64,000 nucleotides of DNA from an uncultured Chloroflexia bacterium (GCA_963813535.1 CAWEZH010000002.1:1888001-1952000); one strand, 5' to 3'. Shown: positions 39,964 to 49,214, numbered from the stretch's first letter. Translations and numbers: made by a program. The notes: generated by a model from the letters alone, not told the origin.

Positions 39964-41687
39964 GGCGGCCCATCTCGTTGCTCGTCGGTGTCGCCGTCCT
40001 CCCAGCGGAGGAGCTCGATCGCGGCGCGGGCGCGAGCCAGCGCCTCCTCGCTCGATGGTCCGATGACGGTCACGTGACCCATCTTGCGGCGCTCGAAGAC
40101 CTGCCGCTTGTCGTACAGGTGCAGGTGCACGGCCGGGTCCGCCATGGCGCGTGCCAGCCCGAGCGGTTCGAGGCGAGCCGGGCGGGCCGGACCCGTGCCG
40201 AGGAGGTTGACCATCGCGGTCGGGGCGAGCGCCTCGGTCGAGCCGAGGTCGAGGCCGCAGACCGCCCGGACGTGCTGTTCGAACTGCGACGTCACGGCAC
40301 CTTCGATCGTCCAGTGCCCGCTGTTGTGGACGCGCGGCGCGAGCTCGTTGGCCACGAGCCGCTGGTCGGGCATCAGGAAGAGCTCGACGGTGAGCATCCC
40401 GGTCACGCCCATCATCACCGCTAGCCGCTCCCCGATCGAAGCGGCACGTTCGGCGACCTCCGGATCGACCGCGGCGGGCGCCACGCTCTCGACGAGGATG
40501 CCTGCGTCATGCCGGTTGCAGGCGAGCGGGTAGGTCGCGATGCTACCGACCGAGCTGCGCGCGACGACGATCGACAGTTCAGCCTGGAACGCGAGCTCGG
40601 CCTCTGCCAGCAACACCTCCCCGGCGGGACGCCCCAGCCGGTCGAGGGCATCGTCGAGCTCGCGGTGGTCACCGACCCGCACCTGGCCCCGACCGTCGTA
40701 GCCGCCGGTCGCCACCTTGATCCGCATCGGCAGCCCGATCGCATCGGCGGCGGCGTGCAGGTCCTCGGTCGTCCGGATCTCGCGCCAGGGAGCCACGGCG
40801 ACCCCGGCCGTCTCGAGGAACCGACGCTCCGCGATCCGGTCCTGGGTCACGTGCAGCGGCAACCGGCCGGGACGGACAGATCGCACCGCGTCGACCGCGT
40901 CGACGACCTCGGTCGCGATGTGTTCGAGCTCATACGTCACGACGTCGCTCCACCCGGCCAGGCGGAGCGCCCCACCGACATCGTCATAGCCGGAAACGAC
41001 GACCCGATCGGCGATGCTGACCGCCGGACTGTCAGGATCCGGATCGAGGACGGCGACCCTGTAGCCCATCGTCCGGGCCGCCATGCCGATCATCCGCCCG
41101 AGCTGGCCACCGCCGAGGATGCCGATCGTGGCCGGCGGCACGACGGGCGGACGCTCGACGCCGATGCGGCGATGGACCTCGGAGATCCACGCCTGCTTGC
41201 GGTACGTGTACTGGTGCGGCTCGATCGGGCCGTCGGACACGATGCCGGTCTTGAGCTCCGCGTAGCCCTCGACGAGGGTGGGATCGGCAAGCAGCGCGTC
41301 GCGGAACGCCACGTCGCGTTGGAGCTCCTCGGTGTCGGGCAGGACGTGGCAATGGATGCGGAACGTCGTGCCGCCACGGACGAGGGAGCCCACCAGCATC
41401 GGCCGGCTCGGTGGCCATGGATCGGGACCTGGCTGCGGTCCGAACCCCAGCTCCCGGAGCATCGCCGCGACAGCCGGGACGTCCTCGGGAGTGGTCGCGA
41501 TCGCGAGATCCACGATGCCCTTGCCGGGCAATCCGGGGACGGCCGTGCTGCCGATGTGCTCGACCACCAGGTCCGGACGGCGCTCGCCGATGAGCTCGGT
41601 GACGGCGCCCGCGACCTCGATCGTCCGAGGATCCCACGGCTCGACCGTCGCGGGCAGTCGGACGTACGGCCCGATCGGCGGGTTCAC
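39960..41687 (-). CDS. purK: N5-CAIR synthase PurK with N-terminal GrpB (UPF0157) domain
   Basis: N-terminus [33 protein letters not shown] (GrpB); then [48 protein letters not shown]; TACACT 6 nt upstream of GTG 41687. Confidence 0.9.
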   Translation of the reverse strand: MNPPIGPYVRLPATVEPWDPRTIEVAGAVTELIGERRPDLVVEHIGSTAVPGLPGKGIVDLAIATTPEDVPAVAAMLRELGFGPQPGPDPWPPSRPMLVGSLVRGGTTFRIHCHVLPDTEELQRDVAFRDALLADPTLVEGYAELKTGIVSDGPIEPHQYTYRKQAWISEVHRRIGVERPPVVPPATIGILGGGQLGRMIGMAARTMGYRVAVLDPDPDSPAVSIADRVVVSGYDDVGGALRLAGWSDVVTYELEHIATEVVDAVDAVRSVRPGRLPLHVTQDRIAERRFLETAGVAVAPWREIRTTEDLHAAADAIGLPMRIKVATGGYDGRGQVRVGDHRELDDALDRLGRPAGEVLLAEAELAFQAELSIVVARSSVGSIATYPLACNRHDAGILVESVAPAAVDPEVAERAASIGERLAVMMGVTGMLTVELFLMPDQRLVANELAPRVHNSGHWTIEGAVTSQFEQHVRAVCGLDLGSTEALAPTAMVNLLGTGPARPARLEPLGLARAMADPAVHLHLYDKRQVFERRKMGHVTVIGPSSEEALARARAAIELLRWEDGDTDEQRDGPP

Positions 41688-41711
41688 CGGGGGAGTGTAG
41701 ACTGCGCCCCC

Positions 41712-42344
41712 ATGCGACACGTCATCGGCCGACACGCCCTCGAGGTGGACGTCGGATAAGTCACCGAACTGATCGCCCGGGCCGACCGGGTGATCGTGGA
41801 TCTCGGCACGGGCGACGGCCGTGCCGTGATCGCTCGCGCGACAGGGGACTCTCGCGCGCTGGTCATCGGCATCGACGCCGCGGCGGCATCGATGGCCGAG
41901 TCGTCGCGCCGTGCCGACCGGCGCGGACCGCACAACGCCCTCTTCCTGGCGGCCCGCGCAGCTGCGCTCGACGCGACACCGCTCGCGGGCCAGGCCGACG
42001 TCGTGACCGTCACGTTCCCCTGGGGCTCGCTGCTCCGCGGCGTGCTCGGTCGTGACGAGGCGTCGCTCCGTGGCATCGCGTCGATCGTCCGACCCGGCGG
42101 TCGCGTCGAGGTGCTGGCGTCGGTCGTGCCGGCCGATCGGGTGGACGGCATCGACTGCCTCGACACATCGATCCGTCCGGCGCTGACGGACGCTTGGCTG
42201 GCCGCCGGACTCCGGCTCATCGATCTGCGGCCTGCCACGTCTACCGAGGTCGCGGCGACGGGCTCGACCTGGGCGCGGCGGCTCGGCGCCGGGCGGCCCG
42301 TGTGGCGGCTGACAGGTGTCCGCTCGGCTAGCATCGAGCCATGA
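41712..42344 (+). pseudogene. 16S rRNA m1A1408 methyltransferase (KamB/NpmA-like) with in-frame TAA at codon 16
   Basis: MRHVIGRHALEVDVG*VTELIARADRVIVDLGTGDG...FPWGSLL...STWARRL; TAA at 41757-41759; the ORF track restarts at GTG 41790. Confidence 0.75.
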
Positions 42345-43417
42345 GCGGACACGCTGCCACCACGCCGCTGATCCTCGATGTCGACACGGGCATCGACGAC
42401 AGCCTCGCGCTGCTCTACGCGGTCGCGTCCCCGGAGGCCGAGATCGTCGCGGTGACGTGCGTGTCCGGCAACGTCGAGGCGCGGCAGGTCGCGACGAATA
42501 CCCTCGCCGTGCTCGAGCTGGCCGGTCGCACCGACATCGACGTGGCCGTCGGGCGCGAGATCCCTCTCGTACGGGCGCTCGAGACGACGCCCGAGACGCA
42601 CGGCCCGGCGGGCATCGGCTACGGGGAGCTGCCAACACCGCGGCGCCCGGTCGGCGACCGTCACGGCGTCGACGTGATCGTCGATGCCGCTCGCGCTCGG
42701 CCCGGTGAGATCACCCTGGTCACCCTCGGCCCGCTGACCAACCTCGCGGTCGCACTGGAGCGCGAACCCGCCCTGCCGCGCCTGCTGCGACGGCACGTGC
42801 TGATGGGCGGCGCGTTCGGTGCTCCCGGCAATACGACCCCGACCACCGAGTGGAACGTCCATTGCGATCCGGAAGCGGCGCGGATCGCCTTCCGGGCCTG
42901 GGGCGAGGCCATCGCCGCGGACCCGTCGGTGCCACGACCGCTCGCTCTCGGCCTCGACGTCACCGAGCAGGCGCGGATCGGGCCCGAGCACGTGGTCGCC
43001 CTCGCCCGCCGCGCCGGCAGCACGCCCGACGATTCGCTGGGCACGCCCGCCGACGACCCGCTCGCGCCGGCTCGCTCGGTCGCGTCGAACGCGATCATCC
43101 GGTTCGTCGCCGACGCCCTGCGCTTCTACTTCGAGTTCCATGAACGCTATGACGGCTTCTACGGGGCGTTCATCCACGACCCGCTGGCGGTCGCCGCGGC
43201 CCTCGACCCGCGGCTCGTCACCACCGAGGCGCTCTACGTCGACGTGGAGACGAGCGGCGAGCTGACGACCGGCATGACCGTCGCCGACCGTCGGCGGCTC
43301 ACCGGGAAGCCACCGAATCTCGACGTGGCAGCGACTGCCGACGTCGAAACGTTCCTCGATCGCATGATCGAGCGGGTGGGCAGCCTTGCCGCCGATCGGG
43401 CCGGCGTCCCGACGTAG
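42341..43417 (+). CDS. Inosine/uridine-preferring nucleoside hydrolase family
   Basis: DVDTGIDD, ETHG, LGPLTNLA, EWNVHCDPEAA, GLDVT, HDPLA. Confidence 0.93.
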   Translation: MSGHAATTPLILDVDTGIDDSLALLYAVASPEAEIVAVTCVSGNVEARQVATNTLAVLELAGRTDIDVAVGREIPLVRALETTPETHGPAGIGYGELPTPRRPVGDRHGVDVIVDAARARPGEITLVTLGPLTNLAVALEREPALPRLLRRHVLMGGAFGAPGNTTPTTEWNVHCDPEAARIAFRAWGEAIAADPSVPRPLALGLDVTEQARIGPEHVVALARRAGSTPDDSLGTPADDPLAPARSVASNAIIRFVADALRFYFEFHERYDGFYGAFIHDPLAVAAALDPRLVTTEALYVDVETSGELTTGMTVADRRRLTGKPPNLDVAATADVETFLDRMIERVGSLAADRAGVPT

Positions 43418-43451
43418 CCGGACCGCGCGGGCGGCGGCTCGCCATCTCGAC

Positions 43452-43850
43452 CTAGCGCCCCCGGCCGACGACCAGCAGCAGGAACGAGGTCTCGATCACG
43501 TCGATGCCGGCGATGACTGCGGCGATGATCAGCGGCAACGGGTTGGCCAACGCCCAGCCGACACCGGCAGCGAACGCCGCCACGGCGAGGAACGCCAGCC
43601 TGACGGCGCGGATGAGACCCGGGACGTCGGTCTGGCCGGATGCCTCCATGCGCGACACCGAGCGCATGAGCAGCATCACCCCGACGGCCACGGCGACCCC
43701 GACCAGGAACGCGCGCACCAGCGGCGGCGGGCTGACGATCGCGTCGAGCCATCCGGCGTTCCAGCCGGCCACCGTGGCGAGGACGACCGCGAGGAGCCCG
43801 AGCGCGATAGCGATCGACGCGCCGAGCCGTGGCCGAGACGCCTGCGTCAT
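43452..43850 (-). CDS. Hypothetical membrane protein (about 4 TM)
   Basis: ATGA-coupled to mec; four hydrophobic segments. Confidence 0.65.
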   Translation of the reverse strand: MTQASRPRLGASIAIALGLLAVVLATVAGWNAGWLDAIVSPPPLVRAFLVGVAVAVGVMLLMRSVSRMEASGQTDVPGLIRAVRLAFLAVAAFAAGVGWALANPLPLIIAAVIAGIDVIETSFLLLVVGRGR

Positions 43851-44311
43851 CCCTCGACGACGTCGAGGACCACCTCGTGGACCGACTCGTCGACGATCCG
43901 CCACGCCCTGACGCTCGGCGTACCGGAGGCCGGATCGGCCTCGTCATCCGACAGCGAGACCAGCACGTACAGCGCGTCCGGATAGAACGCCAGGCCCACA
44001 TCCGTCGGTGAGGGCACCGCGGGCGAGTGCGTGTGCGAATGGACGATGCCCCAGAACACCTCGTCGGCATCATCGGTGGCGACGGTCAGCCGGAACAGGT
44101 CGTCCGGATGGATCTCGTAGCGGTACGGGGAGCCGGCAGCGTTGCGGGTCGGCTCGAACCGGAGCGCTCGGCCGCCGGCTGCCGCCGGACCGTCGCCCAC
44201 GATGAGCCCGCACGCTTCGTTCGGGGCGCCCGCGCGTGCGTGGTCGATGAGTGACTGGACCATCGTCGCCGGGATCGCGGCTGCCGCCGGACCGGGATGG
44301 ACCGGGATCAC
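43847..44311 (-). CDS. mec: JAB/M67 metallopeptidase (CysO-cysteine peptidase)
   Basis: PNEACG and HSHTHSPAVPSPTD JAMM motif; downstream of cysM. Confidence 0.9.
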   Translation of the reverse strand: MIPVHPGPAAAAIPATMVQSLIDHARAGAPNEACGLIVGDGPAAAGGRALRFEPTRNAAGSPYRYEIHPDDLFRLTVATDDADEVFWGIVHSHTHSPAVPSPTDVGLAFYPDALYVLVSLSDDEADPASGTPSVRAWRIVDESVHEVVLDVVEG

Positions 44312-45321
44312 CACCAGTTGACGCCGCCCTCGAGTGCCTCCTGCATCTCGTCGAAGGAGGTCGTGAACGTGCCGGCCGACAGGTACTTCCACCCGCCGTC
44401 CGGAAGGAGGGCGACGATGGTCCCCGCCCGCATGCGGGCCGCCTCGCGTGCAGCCGCGACCAGCACGGCTCCGCACGACGGACCGCCGAAGATGCCCTCG
44501 CGGAAGACCAGCTCGCGAAGGGCGGTCAGGGCGTCGAGGTTCGAGACGAGGTACTTCGCATCGAGCGCCTCGGGCTCGAGGATCTCGGGGATGAACCCCT
44601 CGTCGAGGGAGCGGAGACCCTGCACCTGCTCACCGGGCAGAGGCTCGGCGGCCACGATGCGGACGCCCGGCTTGTGCTCGCGCAGGAAGCGCGACACGCC
44701 CATCAACGTGCCGGCAGTCCCAAGGCCGGCGACGAAGACGTCGATCTCCGGGCAGTCGGCCAGGATCTCCGGACCGGTCGTCTCGTAATGCGCCTGCGGG
44801 TTCGCGGGATTGCCGTACTGGTACGGCATGACGAAGCGGTCGTCCTTCCCGACGAGGTGCTTGGCGAGCGCGATCGCGCCGTTCGAACCGAGCGCGCCCG
44901 GCGAATCGATGACCTCGGCGCCGAACAGGGCCGCCATCTGCCGACGTTCGTTCGTCACGTTGTCGGGCATGACGAGGGCGACTCGATAGCCCTTGCGGCG
45001 ACCGATCATCGCGAGCGCGATGCCGGTGTTGCCGGACGTCGGCTCGAGGATGATCGAGTCGTCGCGGAGCAGCCCGCGCTCCTCGAGGTCCTCGATGAGG
45101 TACTTCGCGACACGGTCCTTGACCGACCCGGTCGGGTTGAGCATCTCGAGCTTGGCGAAGATGCGCACTGACGGGTTCGGACTCATCCGCGGGATCTCGA
45201 CCAGCGGCGTATGCCCGATCGCGTCGAGGATGTCCGCGTAGCGGCCGCCGTGGGGCGCCAGGTCTTCGTGAGCGTGGTGATGGTCGTGGGCGGCCTCGTC
45301 GATCCGCCACGGGACGGCCAC
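44308..45321 (-). CDS. cysM: PLP-dependent cysteine synthase, CysO-thiocarboxylate type
   Basis: AKLEMLNPTGSVKDR, EPTSGNTG, YQYGNPAN, GLGTAGT, PDGGWKYLS; flanked by cysO and mec. Confidence 0.9.
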   Translation of the reverse strand: MAVPWRIDEAAHDHHHAHEDLAPHGGRYADILDAIGHTPLVEIPRMSPNPSVRIFAKLEMLNPTGSVKDRVAKYLIEDLEERGLLRDDSIILEPTSGNTGIALAMIGRRKGYRVALVMPDNVTNERRQMAALFGAEVIDSPGALGSNGAIALAKHLVGKDDRFVMPYQYGNPANPQAHYETTGPEILADCPEIDVFVAGLGTAGTLMGVSRFLREHKPGVRIVAAEPLPGEQVQGLRSLDEGFIPEILEPEALDAKYLVSNLDALTALRELVFREGIFGGPSCGAVLVAAAREAARMRAGTIVALLPDGGWKYLSAGTFTTSFDEMQEALEGGVNWW

Positions 45322-45322
45322 G

Positions 45323-45595
45323 TCAGCCGCCGGCCATCGCCGGCAGGAGCCGGACCTCGTCGCTCCCGGCCACCGGGGTATCGAGACCGGCGAGGTAGCG
45401 TACGTCCTGCCCGTTCACGTAGACGTTGACGAACCGGTTGAGGTCACCATCGTCCGTCAGCAGCTGACCGCCGAGCGACGGATGCCGCTCGATCAGGCCG
45501 TTCACGACCGTGCGGATGGAGTCGCCCTCGATCACCACCGACTTCGCGCCACCAACGGTCGCGCGAAGGACGGACGGGATGTAGACGGTGCTCAC
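45323..45595 (-). CDS. cysO: Ubiquitin-like sulfur carrier (MoaD/CysO)
   Basis: VYIPSVLR...RFVNVYVNGQDVRYL...LPAMAGG with C-terminal GG. Confidence 0.9.
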   Translation of the reverse strand: MSTVYIPSVLRATVGGAKSVVIEGDSIRTVVNGLIERHPSLGGQLLTDDGDLNRFVNVYVNGQDVRYLAGLDTPVAGSDEVRLLPAMAGG

Positions 45596-46818
45596 GCGCG
45601 CGCCTCGGGCGAGACCGAACCGGCCAAGCCGGTGGTCGTCATGAGGAACGGCGCGTCACCACCGACATTCGCGACGGACGACGGGCGCCCGGCCTTGCGA
45701 GCCTCGACCGCGGCGTCCGAGCACACCGGGCACTGCGGGTCGCGCCGGAGCTGCAACTCGGTGAACTCGGTCTCGAGCGCGTCGAACAGCACGAGCCTAC
45801 CGGCGAGCGTGTTGCCGATACCGAGCAACACCTTGAGCGCCTCGTTGGTCTGGAGGAGACCGAGGATGCCGGGAACGACCCCAAGCACGCCCGCGACCGA
45901 GCAGCCCGGGGCGAGCTCGGGCGGTGGCGGGGTCGGGTACAGGCAGCGATAGCACGGCCCCTCGTAGGGGATGAACGTCGTGAGCTGGCCCTCGAAGCGG
46001 AAGACGCTCGCGTGCATGACCGGGATGCCGGCAGCGACCGCGGCATCGTTGAGGACATAGCGCGTCTCGAACGTGTCGGTGCCGTCGAGGATGACGTCGT
46101 AGCCCTCGATGAGCCGCTGCACGTTGTCGGCCGTCAGCATCTCCTCGTGCTCGACGACCTTCACGTCCGGGTTGAGGGCATTGATCGCGATCCGTGCCGA
46201 CTCGACCTTGCGTTCGCCGATCCGGTCGGTGGTGTGGATGATCTGGCGCTGGAGGTTGCTGAGGTCGACGACGTCGAAGTCGACCAGGCCGATCGTGCCG
46301 ACACCGGCCGCGGCCAGATACAGGGCGGCCGGGCTGCCCAGGCCGCCGGCGCCGATGAGCAGCGCCTTCGACTCGAGCAGCTTCTGCTGCCCAGCCGATC
46401 CGACCTCGGGGATCAGGAGATGGCGGCTATAGCGCTGCTTCTGCTCCGGGCCCAGGACGACGGGCGTCTCGAAGTCGAAGCCCGCGCCCTTCCAGCCCTG
46501 GAAGCCACCGGACATGCTCGCAACATCGGTGTAGCCCATGTCGGCCAGGGTCTGGGCGGCGAAGAGTGAGCGGATGCCACCCGCGCAGTACAGGATGACC
46601 GGGGCGTCGTGGTCCGGCGCGGCGGCCTCGATCTGCTGCTCGATGTAACTCTTCGAGACGTGCTGGGCGCCAGGGATGTAGCCCTGATCCCACTCGGACG
46701 CCTCGCGCACGTCGACGATCGTCGCGGCGCCGGCCGGCAGGGATTCGACCTCCTGGGGCGTGACCTCGCGGATCTGGCTGCGGGCCTCCCGAAGGAGGTC
46801 GGCGTAGGACTTCGGCAT
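45592..46818 (-). CDS. moeZ: Rhodanese-MoeB fusion sulfur-carrier adenylyltransferase/sulfurtransferase
   Basis: N-terminal rhodanese (DVREASEW, YCAGGIRS); RYSRHL, GAGGLGSP, SNLQRQ, CYRC, CPVC. Confidence 0.9.
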   Translation of the reverse strand: MPKSYADLLREARSQIREVTPQEVESLPAGAATIVDVREASEWDQGYIPGAQHVSKSYIEQQIEAAAPDHDAPVILYCAGGIRSLFAAQTLADMGYTDVASMSGGFQGWKGAGFDFETPVVLGPEQKQRYSRHLLIPEVGSAGQQKLLESKALLIGAGGLGSPAALYLAAAGVGTIGLVDFDVVDLSNLQRQIIHTTDRIGERKVESARIAINALNPDVKVVEHEEMLTADNVQRLIEGYDVILDGTDTFETRYVLNDAAVAAGIPVMHASVFRFEGQLTTFIPYEGPCYRCLYPTPPPPELAPGCSVAGVLGVVPGILGLLQTNEALKVLLGIGNTLAGRLVLFDALETEFTELQLRRDPQCPVCSDAAVEARKAGRPSSVANVGGDAPFLMTTTGLAGSVSPEARA

Positions 46819-46907
46819 GGGGCTGATGGTGACTCCGGTGTTCGACGGGCTGGCTCGCGCATGGCGGCCAGGGCGGTGGTGGGGCTGGGGTCGCGACGCG
46901 CGCCGGC

Positions 46908-46952
46908 TCAGGCCGGCCGGCGACACCTGCAGCGGCGCTCGATCCCGTTCAC
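46908..46952 (-). CDS. Candidate Cys-containing leader peptide MNGIERRCRCRRPA
   Basis: GTG 46952 overlaps the sufU stop (GTGA), with GGAG upstream; Cys codons TGC and TGT; sits in the leader of moeZ-cysO-cysM-mec. Confidence 0.55.
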   Translation of the reverse strand: MNGIERRCRCRRPA

Positions 46953-47356
46953 GCCTGGCTCCCCTGGGCCGTCGCGCTCTCGCGAGCGACACCGAGGTCG
47001 CCAAGGACATGCTGGAGGCTCTCGTGGCTGAGCATCGCGCACTTGAGGCGCGCGGGGCTGATGTCGATGCCGAGCAGCTCGAGCAGGTCGTCTGCGCCGA
47101 TCGCCGCCACGTCCTTGAGCGGCTTGCCCTTGATCTCGTCGGTCAGGAGGCTCGCGCTCGCCTGGCTGATGGCGCAGCCACGGCCGGTGAACCCGACGCG
47201 ATCGACGACGCCGTCCTTGACACCGACCATGAGCGTGATCCGATCGCCGCACAGCGGGTTCGAACCCTCATAGCTGGCATCGGCATCCTCGACCACCCCG
47301 AAGTTGTGGGGCTGGCGATAGTGCTCGAGGATGTAGTCGCGGTACAGGTCGTCCAT
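46949..47356 (-). CDS. sufU: Fe-S assembly sulfur-transfer/scaffold protein SufU/IscU
   Basis: LYRDYILEHYRQPHNFG, NPLCGD, GCAISQASAS, RLKCA. Confidence 0.92.
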   Translation of the reverse strand: MDDLYRDYILEHYRQPHNFGVVEDADASYEGSNPLCGDRITLMVGVKDGVVDRVGFTGRGCAISQASASLLTDEIKGKPLKDVAAIGADDLLELLGIDISPARLKCAMLSHESLQHVLGDLGVARESATAQGSQA

Positions 47357-47383
47357 CGAACATCGAGTGTAGCGCGGAACGGC

Positions 47384-47408
47384 AATCCCGACCACTGGGG
47401 TCGGGATT
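47384..47408. promoter_or_regulatory. Palindromic operator, probable Rrf2 site upstream of sufU
   Basis: AATCCCGA-N9-TCGGGATT, overlapping the -35 region of the sufU promoter (-10 TACACT at 47371-47366). Confidence 0.7.
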
Positions 47409-47546
47409 ATCTGGATCTGCTGGTTCGAACGCTTGGCGATGCCTCGGGTCGGGCGCACGTGCGTCGCGGGGCCTCGGTGCCTGCCTGCAACGGACCGTTG
47501 TGCCGCCCTCGCTGGTACGAGCGGACAGGCGCCCACGGGTGGGTCC

Positions 47547-48848
47547 GTGGCTATCGTCTTGGGGGTGGCCACGAACGTCGCAGACGCCCTAGGCGTCGCC
47601 CTCGGCGGACTCGCGCAGAAGCGCGGGCTGATCCCGCGCGTCCCGGACGGCGATCGGTTGCTGGCCGATGCCGCCGTCTGGCTGAACGGCGAGTACGCCG
47701 ACGCCGTCCGCTCCACCCACCAGCGGACGCTGCCTGGCGGCGAGATCGCGCTGGCGGTCGACCTCCATCCCGCCGCGTCCCCGCTCCTCCTGACCGCGGA
47801 CGACGAGGGGCGTGTCACGGTCGCGGCCGAGACCGGCGCCGCGGGTCCCGGCTATCACCGCTTCGTCGGTCGAGTCCTCGAGCGACTCAGCGGGGAGCTC
47901 GCCATCCAGTGGACCGATGGCGACGGCGCGACGGCGTTCGTCGACCGCCAGGGAGCGGAGCAGCTCTACCTCGGCTGGCTGGGTCCGCAGCTTGCCGCGT
48001 CGCTGGCGCGAGCGCGGCGCGGCGAGCGGGGCATCCCGCTCGGGATGCCGGGCGGGACGCGCGTCACGACAGAGGCGGCGATGGCGACCGTGATGGGTCC
48101 GCGCGACGAGGCCTGGCTCGAGGCGGCCATCGCCGATCCGCGGGTCGCCCTGGGCATGACGCCGTGGTGGGCCGACGCGACCGATGGTCAGTATCTCCTC
48201 AACAGGGCACTCGTGCTGATGTGGCTGCAGGTCCGCTGGCGGACGCCGGCGATGGAGGGCGAGGCCGACCTGTTCGACGAAGTCCATCGACTGCTGTCGC
48301 GCGCCTATCCGTTCGATCCCGGCCTCGAGTACCCGTGGCACGCATGGACCGAGTTGACGGGGCTGCGCGGCATCGACGACCCGATGGCCCGCCAGGCCGC
48401 TGAGCGCGCGAGCGCGGTCTCCCCGGAGGACCCGCCGGTGGGCTATCGCCGCGACTCGGTGGTCATCAGCCACGAGGGCTGGGCGCTCGAGGTCCCGGGG
48501 GCGTTCGCCGAGCGCCGTTCGCCCGAGGAATGGTGGGGTGGCGGCACGGGCCGGAGCATCACGCTGGCCGCGACGGCGACGGGCGACGCCGACGGGACGC
48601 CGATGGGTGCCCACGATTTCATCGACCAGTTCGCGGTCGACCTCGGGCCGGATGCGATCGCGCATCGCTCGGGCGAGGTGCTGGGCCGGGCGAGGCTCGT
48701 GACCGACGCCTCCTCCGGCGTCGAGGTCGGGATCCTCGAGGGCTACTCGGCGGTGAGCGGCTCGGGCGCTGCGATCAAGATCGAGTTCGATGACCCGGCC
48801 GACTGGCAGTGGGCCCTCGACATGTGGCGGTCGCTCGCCCCGGGTTGA
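47547..48848 (+). CDS. Hypothetical protein (about 433 aa)
   Basis: Long ORF with genome-like codon usage, Trp-rich, filling the space between sufU and flp; start uncertain. Confidence 0.75.
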   Translation: MAIVLGVATNVADALGVALGGLAQKRGLIPRVPDGDRLLADAAVWLNGEYADAVRSTHQRTLPGGEIALAVDLHPAASPLLLTADDEGRVTVAAETGAAGPGYHRFVGRVLERLSGELAIQWTDGDGATAFVDRQGAEQLYLGWLGPQLAASLARARRGERGIPLGMPGGTRVTTEAAMATVMGPRDEAWLEAAIADPRVALGMTPWWADATDGQYLLNRALVLMWLQVRWRTPAMEGEADLFDEVHRLLSRAYPFDPGLEYPWHAWTELTGLRGIDDPMARQAAERASAVSPEDPPVGYRRDSVVISHEGWALEVPGAFAERRSPEEWWGGGTGRSITLAATATGDADGTPMGAHDFIDQFAVDLGPDAIAHRSGEVLGRARLVTDASSGVEVGILEGYSAVSGSGAAIKIEFDDPADWQWALDMWRSLAPG

Positions 48849-48863
48849 CCGTGTGGGTAGGCC

Positions 48864-48892
48864 GCCGGTGCCCTCCCCTCGCGGGCACCGGC
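48864..48892. terminator. Hairpin between convergent genes
   Basis: GCCGGTGCCC-N9-GGGCACCGGC; no U-tract. Confidence 0.45.
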
Positions 48893-48903
48893 CGCCCGCG
48901 GGA

Positions 48904-49074
48904 TCAGACCGAGTTGCTCACGGTCGTAATGATGTGGCTGACCTGGCTCCCGAGGAAGATGAGGGCCACGATGGCGATGATCGCGATCAGCGCGAGGATG
49001 AGGGCGTATTCGGCCAGTCCCTGACCGGCATCGCCGTTGGCGATCCGCAGCCGCGCGTTCCGGAACCGTTCCAT
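48904..49074 (-). CDS. flp: Flp family type IVb pilin
   Basis: MERF...AG/QGLAEYALILALIAIIAIVALIFLG: prepilin Gly, E5 and Y6; SD CAGGAG. Confidence 0.92.
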   Translation of the reverse strand: MERFRNARLRIANGDAGQGLAEYALILALIAIIAIVALIFLGSQVSHIITTVSNSV

Positions 49075-49214
49075 GACAATCTCCTGCTGGGTGCCTCGTC
49101 GCCGAGGCCGCACCCGGTTTTCGACCGGGCGCCGGCAGCATCACGTCGCTCGGGCGGTGCCCGAAATCGGGGTTCTGACGGGGTACGCGTTGCGGGTCGT
49201 CCCGCAATGTCTGA

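Noticed and set aside
41688-42638. N-terminal 317 aa of the 892-aa purK ORF
   Set aside because: Antisense to the methyltransferase and nucleoside hydrolase; the real start is GTG 41687 with its own -10. Similar over-extensions affect the thiolase, paaC, hydrolase, flavoprotein, Rieske, moeZ and sufU ORFs.
43847-46818. E1-like + ubiquitin-like + JAB genes as an antiphage or ubiquitination system
   Set aside because: No E2, CD-NTase or effector; the presence of cysM identifies the known CysO-thiocarboxylate cysteine pathway.
49087-49140. c-di-GMP riboswitch upstream of flp
   Set aside because: Hairpins are present, but the GGCAAA...GACGCAAAGCC core of class I is absent and no class II pattern was recognised.
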